Notes under the pieces: model-generated | The model's database searches: none | What the model was told of the DNA's origin: nothing | The model's input: only the letters and a program-made list of their open reading frames with translations | Assembly (NCBI GenBank): GCA_963788655.1 | Contig: CAWBHS010000097.1 | Coordinates: 1-41,825 of the forward strand | DNA length: 41,825 nt | From: an uncultured Verrucomicrobiae bacterium | GTDB lineage: Bacteria; Verrucomicrobiota; Verrucomicrobiia; Limisphaerales; JAFGQR01 | Reading direction: 5' to 3' | Part shown: in pieces, positions 7,938 through 17,138 of the stretch | How positions within the stretch are numbered: the first letter of the stretch is position 1 | Layout: each line of letters starts with the position of its first letter | Translations under genes and position numbers: made by a program

Positions 7938-10208
7938 CTACCACCCTGCCATTGCCGCCAGTCGGCTGAAGGCTTCTTTCTGCGTCTCCGGCGAAAAATG
8001 GTTGTAATCGTCCAGCACTTGGAAGTGCAGGTGATCGGGGGCGCTCAGCAGTTCAAACACTTTGGCCGCTTCGTCCACGCACGTTTCCACATCGGCCAAC
8101 GTGGCCTGGTAATCGATCCGCGGCGCAATCACCGCGACTTTGCGCGGCGCGATCATGGCCAGCACTTCGTGGTAGTCGTACGGAATGCGAGCTTCATGGC
8201 CGACAAACGCGGCCAGGCATGGTTCCAACGGCAGCCAGCGCGACCAGCGCGCCACGCCGCCGGTCCCCTTGTCCAATGTATCCAGGCGCATCGGCGTAAA
8301 ACCGGCCACCGACACGACCCCGGCAATTCGATCATCCAATGCCGCCGCGTGCAACGCCGTCATGCCGCCGGTCCCATAGCCCAACAGGTAAATGCGCTGG
8401 CGGTCGATGAACGGGAGTTTTCGCAATGCTTCCTCCGCCGCCAGCGTGTCTTCAACCATCTTCCCCAACAGCGACCAATATGGGTAGCGGAAATAAAAAT
8501 GCCGCACTTCCTCAAGGCGGGAACCGTTGCCGATCTGGTCGAAAGCAAACACGGCAAAGCCGCGCTGGGCCAGGGCGATGTGCGGCAGTTCGCCGCGCCG
8601 GTAGCCGGGCACATAACCGTTCGACACGGAAATCGGGTGCAACCAGATGACCGCCGGCAGCTTGCGGTTGGCCTGGTCAGCATTGGTTGGGAAATACAAA
8701 TCCCCCGCGATGTAATTGCCGAAATTCAAACTCCGTTTCTCCAGCGACGGCGGCACTCGATCACGGCCGAGCAACTTCGCCAGGGGCGGCTTTTCCGCGC
8801 CGTAAGTGCCGGCGCCCGTTTCGACAAACGGCGGCGCCTGGCCGAGGGCCCAGAGGATGCGCCCGCGGACTTCGCGGCGTTTATCGAGCCACTGTGCCGG
8901 GAACATGATCTTCGTCGCGTTGGTTCCGACCAGCAGGTTCTTCAAATCGTTGGTCGGAAAGGTCAAGGGATCGAGCTTCACGTCACTGACCTTTTGCCAC
9001 AGGTCATACGTGGGAAAGATGGCCACGTCCGGCAATGTGTAGGGCGCCCGGCCAAACACCGCGTCCAACCAGTCCAGATAGCTCTCGATGTCCTCGGCGC
9101 GTGTTTCATGGCCGCCGGGACGGTAGCGCAAATTGAGCAGTCCGCCCTTGCCGAGCAACGCATAGACCCGCAGGGCGGAATAAAAGGTTTGTTCGATGGC
9201 CCAAATACTTTCCACGCTGTCATTGAGCGCCGAGGAAATCAGGCAGGGCCGCGGCGCAATGCAGGCGATGAGTTCCGGCTGATCAATGGGCAGCTTGTTT
9301 TCGCGTCCGGTGAAGAACCGCAGACGCGGATGAAACCAGTCGGGAAAAACGCGCGTAATCATTTCAATGCCTTCGCCGAATTGGGCTTCGGAGAAGAACC
9401 GCCAGGAACACGCGCCACCCGCGCCCGAGCTACTGGCGATGACTGCGTTGATCCGCTGATCCATGGCCGCCGCAATGAGGGAGGTCTTGCCGTTGCGCGA
9501 ATGGCCGGCCAGCGCGATCTGGTTCGTGAGCACCATGGGCAAGTGATACAGGTAATCGATACATCGACTGGCGGCCCAGGCGCGACGGGTCAGCTTGGTC
9601 CAGTCCTCGTTCGGCCAAAGGGGCGGCCAAGCGGCGGTATCATCGCGCGAATCAGCCCCCGCGTACACACAACCAATGTAACCGCGGCTCACTGCGACCA
9701 GGGCCCAACTGCGGTGCGTGTCCTGCGTGATGAACACCGGGAACGGACCGGGCCCTTTCGGGATCATCACTTCCAGGTGCAACTTCGCGGCGTGATTTGT
9801 GCCGAATTCGAGCGTCACGTCATCAATGAAGGCGCCGGGCTCGGCCCGCGATTTGATGTCCGCCGGACGGACGTTCATGGGCGAAGGCGGGAACGAGCCG
9901 GTCACATAGTATTGAAATAACTTGAGCAGTTCCTGGCGGCGCCGGGGCCAATCGTCTTTCTTGACTTCATAACCGTTAGCAAATCGCAACGGGTCCGGCA
10001 GAAACGGCACGCTCGGCATTGCGTCGAAGTCCGGGGGGAGTTCCTTCGTTTGGTCGAGCCATTTTTCCCACGGCGGGCTGGGAGGGAGCATCGCGCGCAA
10101 TTGCACGAGCCGCTCCTGGCCCGTAAGGTTCGTCTGCGTTTGGACGCCCACCGGAGCCAAAGCCGACGCCTGCAATACCACCAATGCAAAAAGAAAAGTC
10201 CGCTGCAT
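7938..10208 (-). CDS. Secreted tandem alpha/beta hydrolase: CE15 glucuronoyl-esterase-like domain plus a dienelactone hydrolase/acetyl esterase-like domain
   Basis: Start probably MQRTFLFALVV (signal peptide). LPDPL..., AWAASRCIDYL, GHSRNGK, LPIDQPELIACIAPRP (CE15-like). Second domain: PAVIWLH, GFAVFAFDQIGNGSR, IYLLGYGTGG, ALDDRI, IAPR, HFS. Confidence 0.8.
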   Translation of the reverse strand: MQRTFLFALVVLQASALAPVGVQTQTNLTGQERLVQLRAMLPPSPPWEKWLDQTKELPPDFDAMPSVPFLPDPLRFANGYEVKKDDWPRRRQELLKLFQYYVTGSFPPSPMNVRPADIKSRAEPGAFIDDVTLEFGTNHAAKLHLEVMIPKGPGPFPVFITQDTHRSWALVAVSRGYIGCVYAGADSRDDTAAWPPLWPNEDWTKLTRRAWAASRCIDYLYHLPMVLTNQIALAGHSRNGKTSLIAAAMDQRINAVIASSSGAGGACSWRFFSEAQFGEGIEMITRVFPDWFHPRLRFFTGRENKLPIDQPELIACIAPRPCLISSALNDSVESIWAIEQTFYSALRVYALLGKGGLLNLRYRPGGHETRAEDIESYLDWLDAVFGRAPYTLPDVAIFPTYDLWQKVSDVKLDPLTFPTNDLKNLLVGTNATKIMFPAQWLDKRREVRGRILWALGQAPPFVETGAGTYGAEKPPLAKLLGRDRVPPSLEKRSLNFGNYIAGDLYFPTNADQANRKLPAVIWLHPISVSNGYVPGYRRGELPHIALAQRGFAVFAFDQIGNGSRLEEVRHFYFRYPYWSLLGKMVEDTLAAEEALRKLPFIDRQRIYLLGYGTGGMTALHAAALDDRIAGVVSVAGFTPMRLDTLDKGTGGVARWSRWLPLEPCLAAFVGHEARIPYDYHEVLAMIAPRKVAVIAPRIDYQATLADVETCVDEAAKVFELLSAPDHLHFQVLDDYNHFSPETQKEAFSRLAAMAGW

Positions 10209-10523
10209 GTAACCGATTCGCGTTTGAAGTCGTTTGCGCTGTTTGTTTCGGACAGTCATAGCAGGCGACGTTGGGGACTGCAACGGCGAGCATTTCCCGC
10301 CACGAAGAGCTGCGTGCCGGGCGACTTTATGGTGGAGGTGGACTGCCCATGGTTGGCGGTCAAGAAACTTCCTACGCATGAAGAACAGGCGAGCCCCCTC
10401 CGCCGTGTCTCTTCAATTGAATTTGACCTCGTTAATTCAACCACCCTTGATTCTCCGCTTTTTCGCCCGATGCGGCGCCGCAGTCTTACGCCCTTTTCCC
10501 ACAGAATCTGCATTTCTGCATCG

Positions 10524-10709
10524 CTACCAACGAGGTAAAGTCAACACCAACGATGCCACCACCACTGAGGTGAATAATACGAGCAACATGACGCTCCCCA
10601 AACCAAACCCCACTCCCTGCCGCAGTGACAAAACCGCATCGACCAACAACACGTCAACCAGGCCGACCAACGCCACCAGTCGCAGTTTATGGACGATTAG
10701 TTTTGTCAT
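10524..10709 (-). CDS. Small hydrophobic (2-TM) hypothetical protein
   Basis: 61-aa ORF with two hydrophobic segments, co-oriented with its neighbours. Confidence 0.4.
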   Translation of the reverse strand: MTKLIVHKLRLVALVGLVDVLLVDAVLSLRQGVGFGLGSVMLLVLFTSVVVASLVLTLPRW

Positions 10710-10806
10710 GAATACGTTCCAATAATTTCAAGGCCGGTTCGTCTGCACGGGGGTGAGAATGCGATGGCGGTGACAGGCACACTCTCTCTCGCTTGGTCGT
10801 TCTGCC

Positions 10807-11445
10807 TCATTCGGTCCCGTCGGTTTCCCGGGCATCTTTAACTTCAGAATCCAGGTCGGCGTCTTTGGTAATCTTGCTGATGAAATTCGGCACCAAACCT
10901 TCCGAGAAACCGGCGATGAACGCCCACACGAGTGCCTTCGCCATGTCCGCGTAGGTGGCCGGCATGGAGTTCGCCGCAAAATCTCCAAAAGTCGTGAACG
11001 GTTGCGGTTGCACCGCCGGCTGACGGAAGGTTGGCGCGGCGTTCGTAGTCAGGTCCGCGGTAGCAGTCAAGGATAGCGAGGGCTGCGCTGACTGGCTGAA
11101 GGCAGGAAACAACGATCCCTGCACCAACCCGGCCATGAAGATCACATACAACACCATGGCGAACACCCCACCGACGAAGGGCGAGACATAAATCTGGATC
11201 GTCACCAACCGCTCGGCCATGTCGGTGGAAGCTTTTAACTTGGCCGACGATAACTTCTGAATCCGGCGGAAATTATTGACCACGCCGCCGACCGTGCCGG
11301 CCAGAAAAATCAACGTCGTCCACGGCACCAAATCTGCCGTGGCAAGAAACGCCGCCGTCGTCATCGCTGCCACCACCAGCACAATGGCAATGGCGATGTG
11401 GGTCGCCGGATTAGGCTGTGACGGAGATTTGCTTATGTCGCTCAT
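10807..11445 (-). CDS. Hypothetical 4-TM membrane protein (G-x-x-GG ... P-x-x-GG-x-FA ... FIAGFSE pattern)
   Basis: Four hydrophobic segments: AGTVGGVVN, SPFVGGVFAMVLY, WAFIAGFSEGLVP. Start probably MSDISK. Confidence 0.7.
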   Translation of the reverse strand: MSDISKSPSQPNPATHIAIAIVLVVAAMTTAAFLATADLVPWTTLIFLAGTVGGVVNNFRRIQKLSSAKLKASTDMAERLVTIQIYVSPFVGGVFAMVLYVIFMAGLVQGSLFPAFSQSAQPSLSLTATADLTTNAAPTFRQPAVQPQPFTTFGDFAANSMPATYADMAKALVWAFIAGFSEGLVPNFISKITKDADLDSEVKDARETDGTE

Positions 11446-11535
11446 CAGCAGCTTCTTAATGGACAACCAGTCGTAGCACAACCCCTTTGTGTTGATTAAC
11501 CGCCGATGACACGGTCAAACATGGTTGCCGCGCTC

Positions 11536-11731
11536 CCGTCAGGACCGCCTGAACTTGGCCCACGGTTTCAACCGTGGGACTCGGTATCCGAACGAGTCCA
11601 AGCTCCGAGGGGCGAAAGAACGTTTCTGGGGAATCATATCCCTTCTGCCGTCTCTGACGGGACTCCATTATGGTTCGCACGGCAAACCCAGCGATGAATC
11701 GCTGGACTATTTTCAAGCGTTCCGGCGGGAC
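11536..11731. repeat. About 200-bp palindromic REPIN/MITE-like element (copy 1)
   Basis: Hairpins CCCACGGTTTCAACCGTGGG and CCAGCGATGAATCGCTGG; internal GGGGCGAAAGAA and CTGACGGGACTC blocks shared with 13241-13441. Confidence 0.7.
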
Positions 11732-12110
11732 TTCGAATTGGATTTCGCACGAATCCGTTCCGACAATTTCTCGGCGGGTTCGTCGGTGGGGTCTTGAGGG
11801 ACGAGTTTGCCGGCGAAGGCGCGGGCGAGGAGGGATGGCGTCAACTTGTCCACTTGCCCGCGCGCCTTGGTCAAGCGTGCCTCAAGCTGGTCGGCCAGGG
11901 CAAACAAGCCCTCCACTCGCCGCACGAATTACTGTTGCTCGGGGAATGGGGGCACTGGAATTACGAATTGCGAAATCGTTGTCGCGTTCACGTTAGGTTG
12001 TGCGACGGCATCGAGCCGCCAATCAAAAGATGCCGGCCCGCCGGCGACATGAAGAATCGAAGCACACACTTCGAATCAACAAGGCCTTGCTTGAAACGGA
12101 ATCGGATTGA
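11713..12110 (-). pseudogene. hsdS: Type I restriction specificity subunit C-terminal remnant
   Basis: IRFRFKQGLVDSKCVLRFFMSPAGRHLLIGGS / AQPNVNATTISQFVIPVPPFPEQQ* / FVRRVEGLFALADQLEARL...SLLARAFAGKLVPQDPTDEPAEKL. Contains a frameshift and an in-frame stop; 5' part missing. Confidence 0.85.
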
Positions 12111-12125
12111 ACATCGCTCACGGGG

Positions 12126-12485
12126 TCACGGTAGCGGCCGTAAACGAATCGAGTGTTCGTCCACCACGGCGTAATGGCCCTCCCATTCGGCGGTGGACTC
12201 AAGGATTTGCGCCACGCGCCTGGCCACAAAGTCCGGTGAGGGTTTACGCAATCGGAACAGGACGATGCCGCGCGCAGCCGCCTTGCCGCGCCGGAAGACC
12301 AGTTCACCGAAGTCCTTGTCAAAGGTAATGAGCAACCGCGCCTCGGATTGTGCTTTGGCGAGCACCGCATCGTCCCGGCTGCCACGCGCGACTTCCCGAA
12401 TCCAGAGGACATCGTGGCCGCGCTGGCGAAGGACACCCACGCAATCGCCCGGCACGTTTTCGTTGGCGCAGAGTCGCATCGCCAC
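12126..12485 (-). CDS. DUF5615 family PIN-like toxin
   Basis: MRLCANENVP...LRQRGHDV...DDAVLAKAQSEARLLITFDKDFGELVF...GIVLFRL. Confidence 0.88.
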   Translation of the reverse strand: MAMRLCANENVPGDCVGVLRQRGHDVLWIREVARGSRDDAVLAKAQSEARLLITFDKDFGELVFRRGKAAARGIVLFRLRKPSPDFVARRVAQILESTAEWEGHYAVVDEHSIRLRPLP

Positions 12486-12494
12486 GGGCGTCCT

Positions 12495-12725
12495 TCAGGC
12501 GGGCATGGCGAGCAGCTTTTCGTCGCTGAGGCGGTCCTTGGCGTAGGCAACGCAGGCAAGAATCTGTTCGCGCGTGAGGCCGGGATAGTTGCGAAGCATG
12601 TCGGCCTCCGACCAACCCTCGGCGATCAATTCCAGAATGAATTCAACCGCGAGCCGCGTTCCCTTGATGACGGGTTTGCCCACCAGGACGGCGGGGTCGG
12701 CGCTGATGTGTTCTTGCCAGTTCAT
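12495..12725 (-). CDS. DUF433 family antitoxin
   Basis: ISADPAVLVGKPVIKGTRLAVEFILELIAEGWSEADMLRNYPGLTREQILACVAYA. Confidence 0.92.
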   Translation of the reverse strand: MNWQEHISADPAVLVGKPVIKGTRLAVEFILELIAEGWSEADMLRNYPGLTREQILACVAYAKDRLSDEKLLAMPA

Positions 12726-12803
12726 GTCATTATTCTAACCACGGATCGCACTTATTTCACGGATATTCTTTTCCCTGTTTTCTTCCTTGTGATCCATCGC
12801 TCA

Positions 12804-13235
12804 TTACTCCACGCCTTCTTCCTTTTCCACGAGTGCGACGATTTCCCGAAGGCCGTCCACCACGGCTTCCAGTTCGGTGATGGCTTCGGCGGCGAGGTCC
12901 TGCGAGAAAGCCGCCCGTGCCGCACGCCGGGTCGCAGATGCGGAAGTCGGGTTTGTCGCGCGGCTCGGGTTTCATCACGCGGCCGACAGCCTGGATGAGC
13001 GGGCGGGGCGTGAAGTATTGGCCCGCGCCTTTCTTACCTTCGCTGGCGGCCTTTTCGAGCAGGCCCTCGAACGCCGCGCCCTTCACGTCCACATCCATCG
13101 CCAACCAATCTTCCTCGTCAATCATGGCGACGACGCGCTTGAGTTTGACGGGATTGTTAGAGCGCGGCGTGGCTTGGGCGAAGATGTCGGCGAGCAGCCC
13201 GCCGCCTTCGCGGAGCTTGCGGAGGATGTCGGTAA
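12804..13235 (-). pseudogene. hsdM: Type I R-M methyltransferase remnant (5'-truncated, internally deleted)
   Basis: DVKGAAFEGLLEKAASEGKKGAGQYFTPRPLI...ICDPACGTGGFL joined directly, in another frame, to the C-terminal QDLAAEAITELEAVVDGLREIVALVEKEEGVE*. The NPPF catalytic motif is missing. Confidence 0.88.
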
Positions 13236-13240
13236 AAAAA

Positions 13241-13441
13241 AGTCCCATCGGGACGACCGACAATAGCCCAGCGATTTATCGCTGGGATAACGGCAAACAA
13301 ATCCGTCCAAGCCCCGCAGGGGCGAAAGAAACTGTGTGGCAATGCGTTCGTGTTCTTTCGTCCCTGACGGGACTCGTTCACTCTCCGCCCGGACACCCAG
13401 CGATAAATCGCTGGGCTATTTTCTTTCGCCCTGCCGGGCTG
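13241..13441. repeat. About 200-bp palindromic REPIN/MITE-like element (copy 2)
   Basis: AATAGCCCAGCGATTTATCGCTGGG ... CCCAGCGATAAATCGCTGGGCTATT arms; same internal blocks as copy 1. Confidence 0.75.
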
Positions 13442-13683
13442 GAAACAACATCCACGGTTTCCGGCCAAACGACCGACTTGGTGCTCATTGGGCTGTTTGC
13501 TGCACCCTGGCCTCCATTGCTCGAACCGGAGGCGGGCTGGGCGGTTGAATCGCCGGCGAACTTATTCTTCCTTTGCCAGGATGGTCGTAATCCACGCAAC
13601 TTTGTTCGCCCTGCCTGCCTGGAAACGAACTCGGCCGGCCTTGGGCGCGGTTATCTCGGGGACTTGCGCGGAATCCTCTGGAC

Positions 13684-13711
13684 TTGACTAGCATTAGGGT
13701 TTATCAATAAT
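13684..13711 (+). promoter_or_regulatory. Candidate sigma70 promoter for the cytochrome gene
   Basis: TTGACT-N16-AATAAT in an AT-rich patch directly upstream of 13719. Confidence 0.35.
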
Positions 13712-13718
13712 AACCAGA

Positions 13719-15689
13719 ATGAGCAGTAGATCAGCTTTACTTAAACACACTATTGATTTAGGTCGGGAAGCCGGGCGCAATTGGCGGGGCTCTGGGACCG
13801 CCAGAACCACGGCTTTTCCGACACCACCTCCCGCGGAACCAGGTCACGGCAAGTCAGCCACCCTTGGGCCATGGCGGCTGGCCCTGGCCGTCGCGCTGTG
13901 GACGATGGGGTCCACCCCCACGGTCCTGGCGGCGGAAACCATTCCGAACGAGGATTGCATGATCTGCCATTCCGACAAGGAGCTCTACAAAACCAATTCT
14001 GCCGGCGAAGGCATTTCGATGTTTGTGGATGAGGCGCAATTTGCCAAATCGGTCCACAGCACCAATGCGTGCGTGAATTGCCACAGCGATCTAACGGAGG
14101 AGCATCCGGATAACGAGGTGGCGGCCAAACCGGTCCATTGCGCGAGCTGCCATGCCAGACAGTCGGAGAGTTACAACGCCAGTGCCCACGGTTTGGCGCT
14201 GGCCGGCGGAGATGTCAGCGCGGCCACGTGCGTGGATTGCCATGGGAACCATAGTATTCACCGCCCCAATTCACCCGAATCCCGGCTCTATTTCACAAAA
14301 CTGGCCGAGACGTGCGGCGAGTGTCATCCGGTCGTGGCGGAGGAGGTCGAGCAAAGCGTCCATGGCAAATCTGTGGCGGAAGGAAACCGCGATGCGGCCA
14401 CTTGTACGGACTGTCACTCGGAACACAAAATTGAAGATCTGCGGAAGATGTCGCCCATCAAGGTGGCCCAACTGATTTGCAGCAAATGCCATGCATCCGA
14501 ACGGCTCAGCAGCAAGTATCGCCTGCCGTCCGACCGCGTGAAAACCTTCATGGAGAGCTATCACGGCTTGGCGTCAAAGTATGGTTCGACGCGCGCGGCC
14601 AATTGTGCCAGTTGCCATGGAGTGCATCTCATTCTGCCCTCCTGGGATGCACGATCCACCATCAACACCAACAACCTGATGGCGACCTGCGGGAAATGTC
14701 ATCCGGGCGCCTCGGAGAATTTCGTGCAGGGCAAGATTCACGTGGATGAGGCCACGGGCATGGATATCTCCAGCCGGGCCAGTTATTGGGTACGGCGATT
14801 GTACCTTGGCTTAATCGGCGTCACCATTGGCCTGATGCTGGCGCACAATGGCCTGGCTTGGCGGCGCAAAGCCATGGTTTCATTCCGGTCCAAGGACCGC
14901 ACGGTCCGGCGGATGAGCACTTCGCAACGCCTCCAGCATTTTATCCTGGCGCTCAGTTTCATAATCCTGGCAGCCACGGGCTTCGCATTGAAATATCCCG
15001 ATTCCTGGCTCGCGTGGCTGCTGGGTGCTGATGAAACCGTGCGGCGATGGGGGCACCGGATTTCCGGCGCCATCATGCTGGGGCTGGGCGTCTATCATCT
15101 CCTCTACGTCATCGTGACGCGGGATGGTCGGCAATTGCTCAAAGATTTTCTGCCGCGCGGAAAAGATCTCAGTGATGTCTCCCTGCAAGTGCGCCACTTG
15201 GCGGGCCATACCGACAAACGGCCCCTCTTTGGCCGGTTCAGTTACGCGGAGAAACTTGAATACTGGGCCGTGGTGTGGGGCACGATTATCATGGGCGTCA
15301 CCGGGCTGATGATTTGGTTCAAGATGGACGTGACGCAATTCCTGCCTCGCTGGGCGGTCGATGTGGCCACCACCGTTCATTTTTACGAGGCTATCCTGGC
15401 CTGCCTCGCCATCGTGGTATGGCACTTCTATCATGTCGTGTTTGATCCGCACGTCTATCCCATCAACTGGGCCTTCTGGGATGGCCGCGTGTCGGCGGAA
15501 TGGTATCGTCACGAACACCCGCTGGACACCGAAGCGCTGGCCAAAGCAGCGCCGCCAAAAGAGCAAAAACACGGCTCCCAGCCTGGGGGATCCGGCGGGC
15601 TCGGAAGTGCCGACGAAATAGACTGTTGCCCGGAGCGCGGTTGTGTTCATCCAAAACCGGTTGGCGGCATGACCACGCATTTCGGATGA
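13719..15689 (+). CDS. cbcL: Nonaheme cytochrome c fused to a di-heme cytochrome b (FdnI/HydC-like) membrane domain; CbcL-like
   Basis: Nine CxxCH motifs (CMICH, CVNCH, CASCH, CVDCH, CGECH, CTDCH, CSKCH, CASCH, CGKCH). Then TM helices with QRLQH, WGHR, GRFSYAEKLEYWA..WG...TG, VHFYEAILACLAIVVWHFY, W..HEHP. Confidence 0.85.
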   Translation: MSSRSALLKHTIDLGREAGRNWRGSGTARTTAFPTPPPAEPGHGKSATLGPWRLALAVALWTMGSTPTVLAAETIPNEDCMICHSDKELYKTNSAGEGISMFVDEAQFAKSVHSTNACVNCHSDLTEEHPDNEVAAKPVHCASCHARQSESYNASAHGLALAGGDVSAATCVDCHGNHSIHRPNSPESRLYFTKLAETCGECHPVVAEEVEQSVHGKSVAEGNRDAATCTDCHSEHKIEDLRKMSPIKVAQLICSKCHASERLSSKYRLPSDRVKTFMESYHGLASKYGSTRAANCASCHGVHLILPSWDARSTINTNNLMATCGKCHPGASENFVQGKIHVDEATGMDISSRASYWVRRLYLGLIGVTIGLMLAHNGLAWRRKAMVSFRSKDRTVRRMSTSQRLQHFILALSFIILAATGFALKYPDSWLAWLLGADETVRRWGHRISGAIMLGLGVYHLLYVIVTRDGRQLLKDFLPRGKDLSDVSLQVRHLAGHTDKRPLFGRFSYAEKLEYWAVVWGTIIMGVTGLMIWFKMDVTQFLPRWAVDVATTVHFYEAILACLAIVVWHFYHVVFDPHVYPINWAFWDGRVSAEWYRHEHPLDTEALAKAAPPKEQKHGSQPGGSGGLGSADEIDCCPERGCVHPKPVGGMTTHFG

Positions 15690-15721
15690 ACTCTGTGGGC
15701 GGAACGCCACGACCAATCCCC

Positions 15722-15893
15722 GGTAGGGCGAGACGCCGTCGAGCCCTGGTTTCCCCTCGGCGCGTTCAGTAGCAAGAATCCGGTCAAAGGAAAATCTTGT
15801 GATGTTCGAACACTATGGTCTTCCCGGTGTTGCCGCTTTCGGAAGTTCGGAAGCGCCTCGGAAAGTCAGGGCTCGACTGAGTCTCGCCCTACC
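15722..15893. repeat. GTAG-type REP inverted pair (REPIN)
   Basis: GGTAGGGCGAGACGCCGTCGAGCCCTG (15722-15748) and CAGGGCTCGACTGAGTCTCGCCCTACC (15867-15893). Confidence 0.7.
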
Positions 15894-15976
15894 TGGCCGG
15901 CACGTGGGACTGAAGAATCCGTGAAGATCCGTGCAATCCGCGGTCGATCCACTGCCGGCGATATATTAAACCTTCG

Positions 15977-16423
15977 ATGCCCAACACCCTGATCATCGGT
16001 TACGGCAATGAGATTCGCGGCGACGACGCGGTCGGGCCACGGATCGCGGCGTTGGTGAACGATTGGAAGCTTCCCGCGGTAACGGCGTTGGCTGTCCATC
16101 AACTGACTCCGGAACTGGCCGAACCGATCACTGCGGCGCAACGGGTGATCTTTGTCGATGCCAGCGCCGCCCCCAAAGTGCAGGAAGTCCAGTCGCGTCC
16201 GCTTGAATCGGCAACCCAGTGCAGTGGCGGCGGACACGTGAGCCATCCCGGTGATTTGCTGGCACTGGCGAAAGCCGTCTATGGGCATTGTCCGCCAGCC
16301 TGGCTGATCACCGTGCCCGGCGAACGCTTTGAATTCGGCGAATCGCCATCACCCCTGGCGGAACGAGGAATGGAGCAGGCGCTAACACTCTTGCGGCGAT
16401 TCTGCGAAAGACCCGATCAGTAA
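15977..16423 (+). CDS. [NiFe]-hydrogenase maturation protease (HycI/HoxW family)
   Basis: LIIGYGNEIRGDDAVG, HQLTPELAE, VIFVDAS, SH..PGDLL, FEFGE. Confidence 0.9.
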   Translation: MPNTLIIGYGNEIRGDDAVGPRIAALVNDWKLPAVTALAVHQLTPELAEPITAAQRVIFVDASAAPKVQEVQSRPLESATQCSGGGHVSHPGDLLALAKAVYGHCPPAWLITVPGERFEFGESPSPLAERGMEQALTLLRRFCERPDQ

Positions 16424-16581
16424 CCGTTCCTGTGCGAAAGAAACAGAGCCAGAAACCCGAGTTGACACTAATTGCACGAATGTTCAGGAATTCGTGCCAT
16501 TGGTGTCTTCCGAAAACTTGGCCTTTTACCGCTAAGTGTGCAGCCAAAGAATTCTAACCAGTAATTTAAAATGCGACGGTT

Positions 16582-17100
16582 TCACTCCGGCGCGCAGCAC
16601 AGGCCGCGGATGCCTTCAAGGTTCAGCCGGAAAAAGCGCATGGTGTTGGTGTTCGACACGGCGAAAACGTTCGTGCCGCCCGTGTCCACCGGGCGCCAGT
16701 CCGGCGCGCTGAGGCTGGGGGTGCTCTCCAGCACCAGGCCGGGCCAGGCGGGCGACCAGGAAACCAGCATGTTGGTGGGCGAATGCTGGAGGTTGAGTTT
16801 GGGTGGGATGGGGTCCAATCGGTAGGCCAAACCTTGGCCCTCAAAGACTCCCTGGCGCACAATCTGCCCGTGATCGTTAATCGCCGCGGCGGTGGTCAGC
16901 CACCAGCCGCTATCGTCCGGAATGAGCGAGTTCAGCCTCACAAGACCTTCGGACTCAGTCCACAGTAATCCTATATACTTGTGGTCCTCGTGAACTCCCA
17001 CGCCCACGGCAATATCATCATTATTTATGTCAGACTGACTCGTCCTGATCAGATAATTCGTATCCGTTGTTTGACCCAAAATCGTTCCTCCAGCGTGCCA
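16582..17100 (-). pseudogene. C-terminal fragment of a HAF-repeat extracellular protein with a Verrucomicrobia-type C-terminal domain
   Basis: INNDDIAVG, LNSLIPDDSGWWLTTAAAINDHGQIV..., then PKLNL...VSWS...LESTPSL...W...RFFRLNLEGIRGLCCAPE*. No signal peptide or N-terminal repeats. Confidence 0.7.
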
Positions 17101-17138
17101 TTGACGTCCTCCACGCAATGAAGCTCACTCAAAACAGT

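Noticed and set aside
7674..9920. Long antisense ORFs (748 aa here; also 1243-2565, 17392-18600, 25354-26556, 29116-30333, 34754-36583, 36981-38219)
   Set aside because: Shadow ORFs opposite well-supported genes, expected in high-GC DNA.
10720..10806. Integron cassette attC after the membrane-protein gene (GCAGAACGACCAAGC)
   Set aside because: Only a half-site-like start; no complementary arm or GTTRRRY at a suitable distance, and no integrase.
11985..12000. attC-like GTTAGG/CCTAAC site
   Set aside because: It lies within hsdS-derived coding sequence (QPNVNA) and has no partner box.
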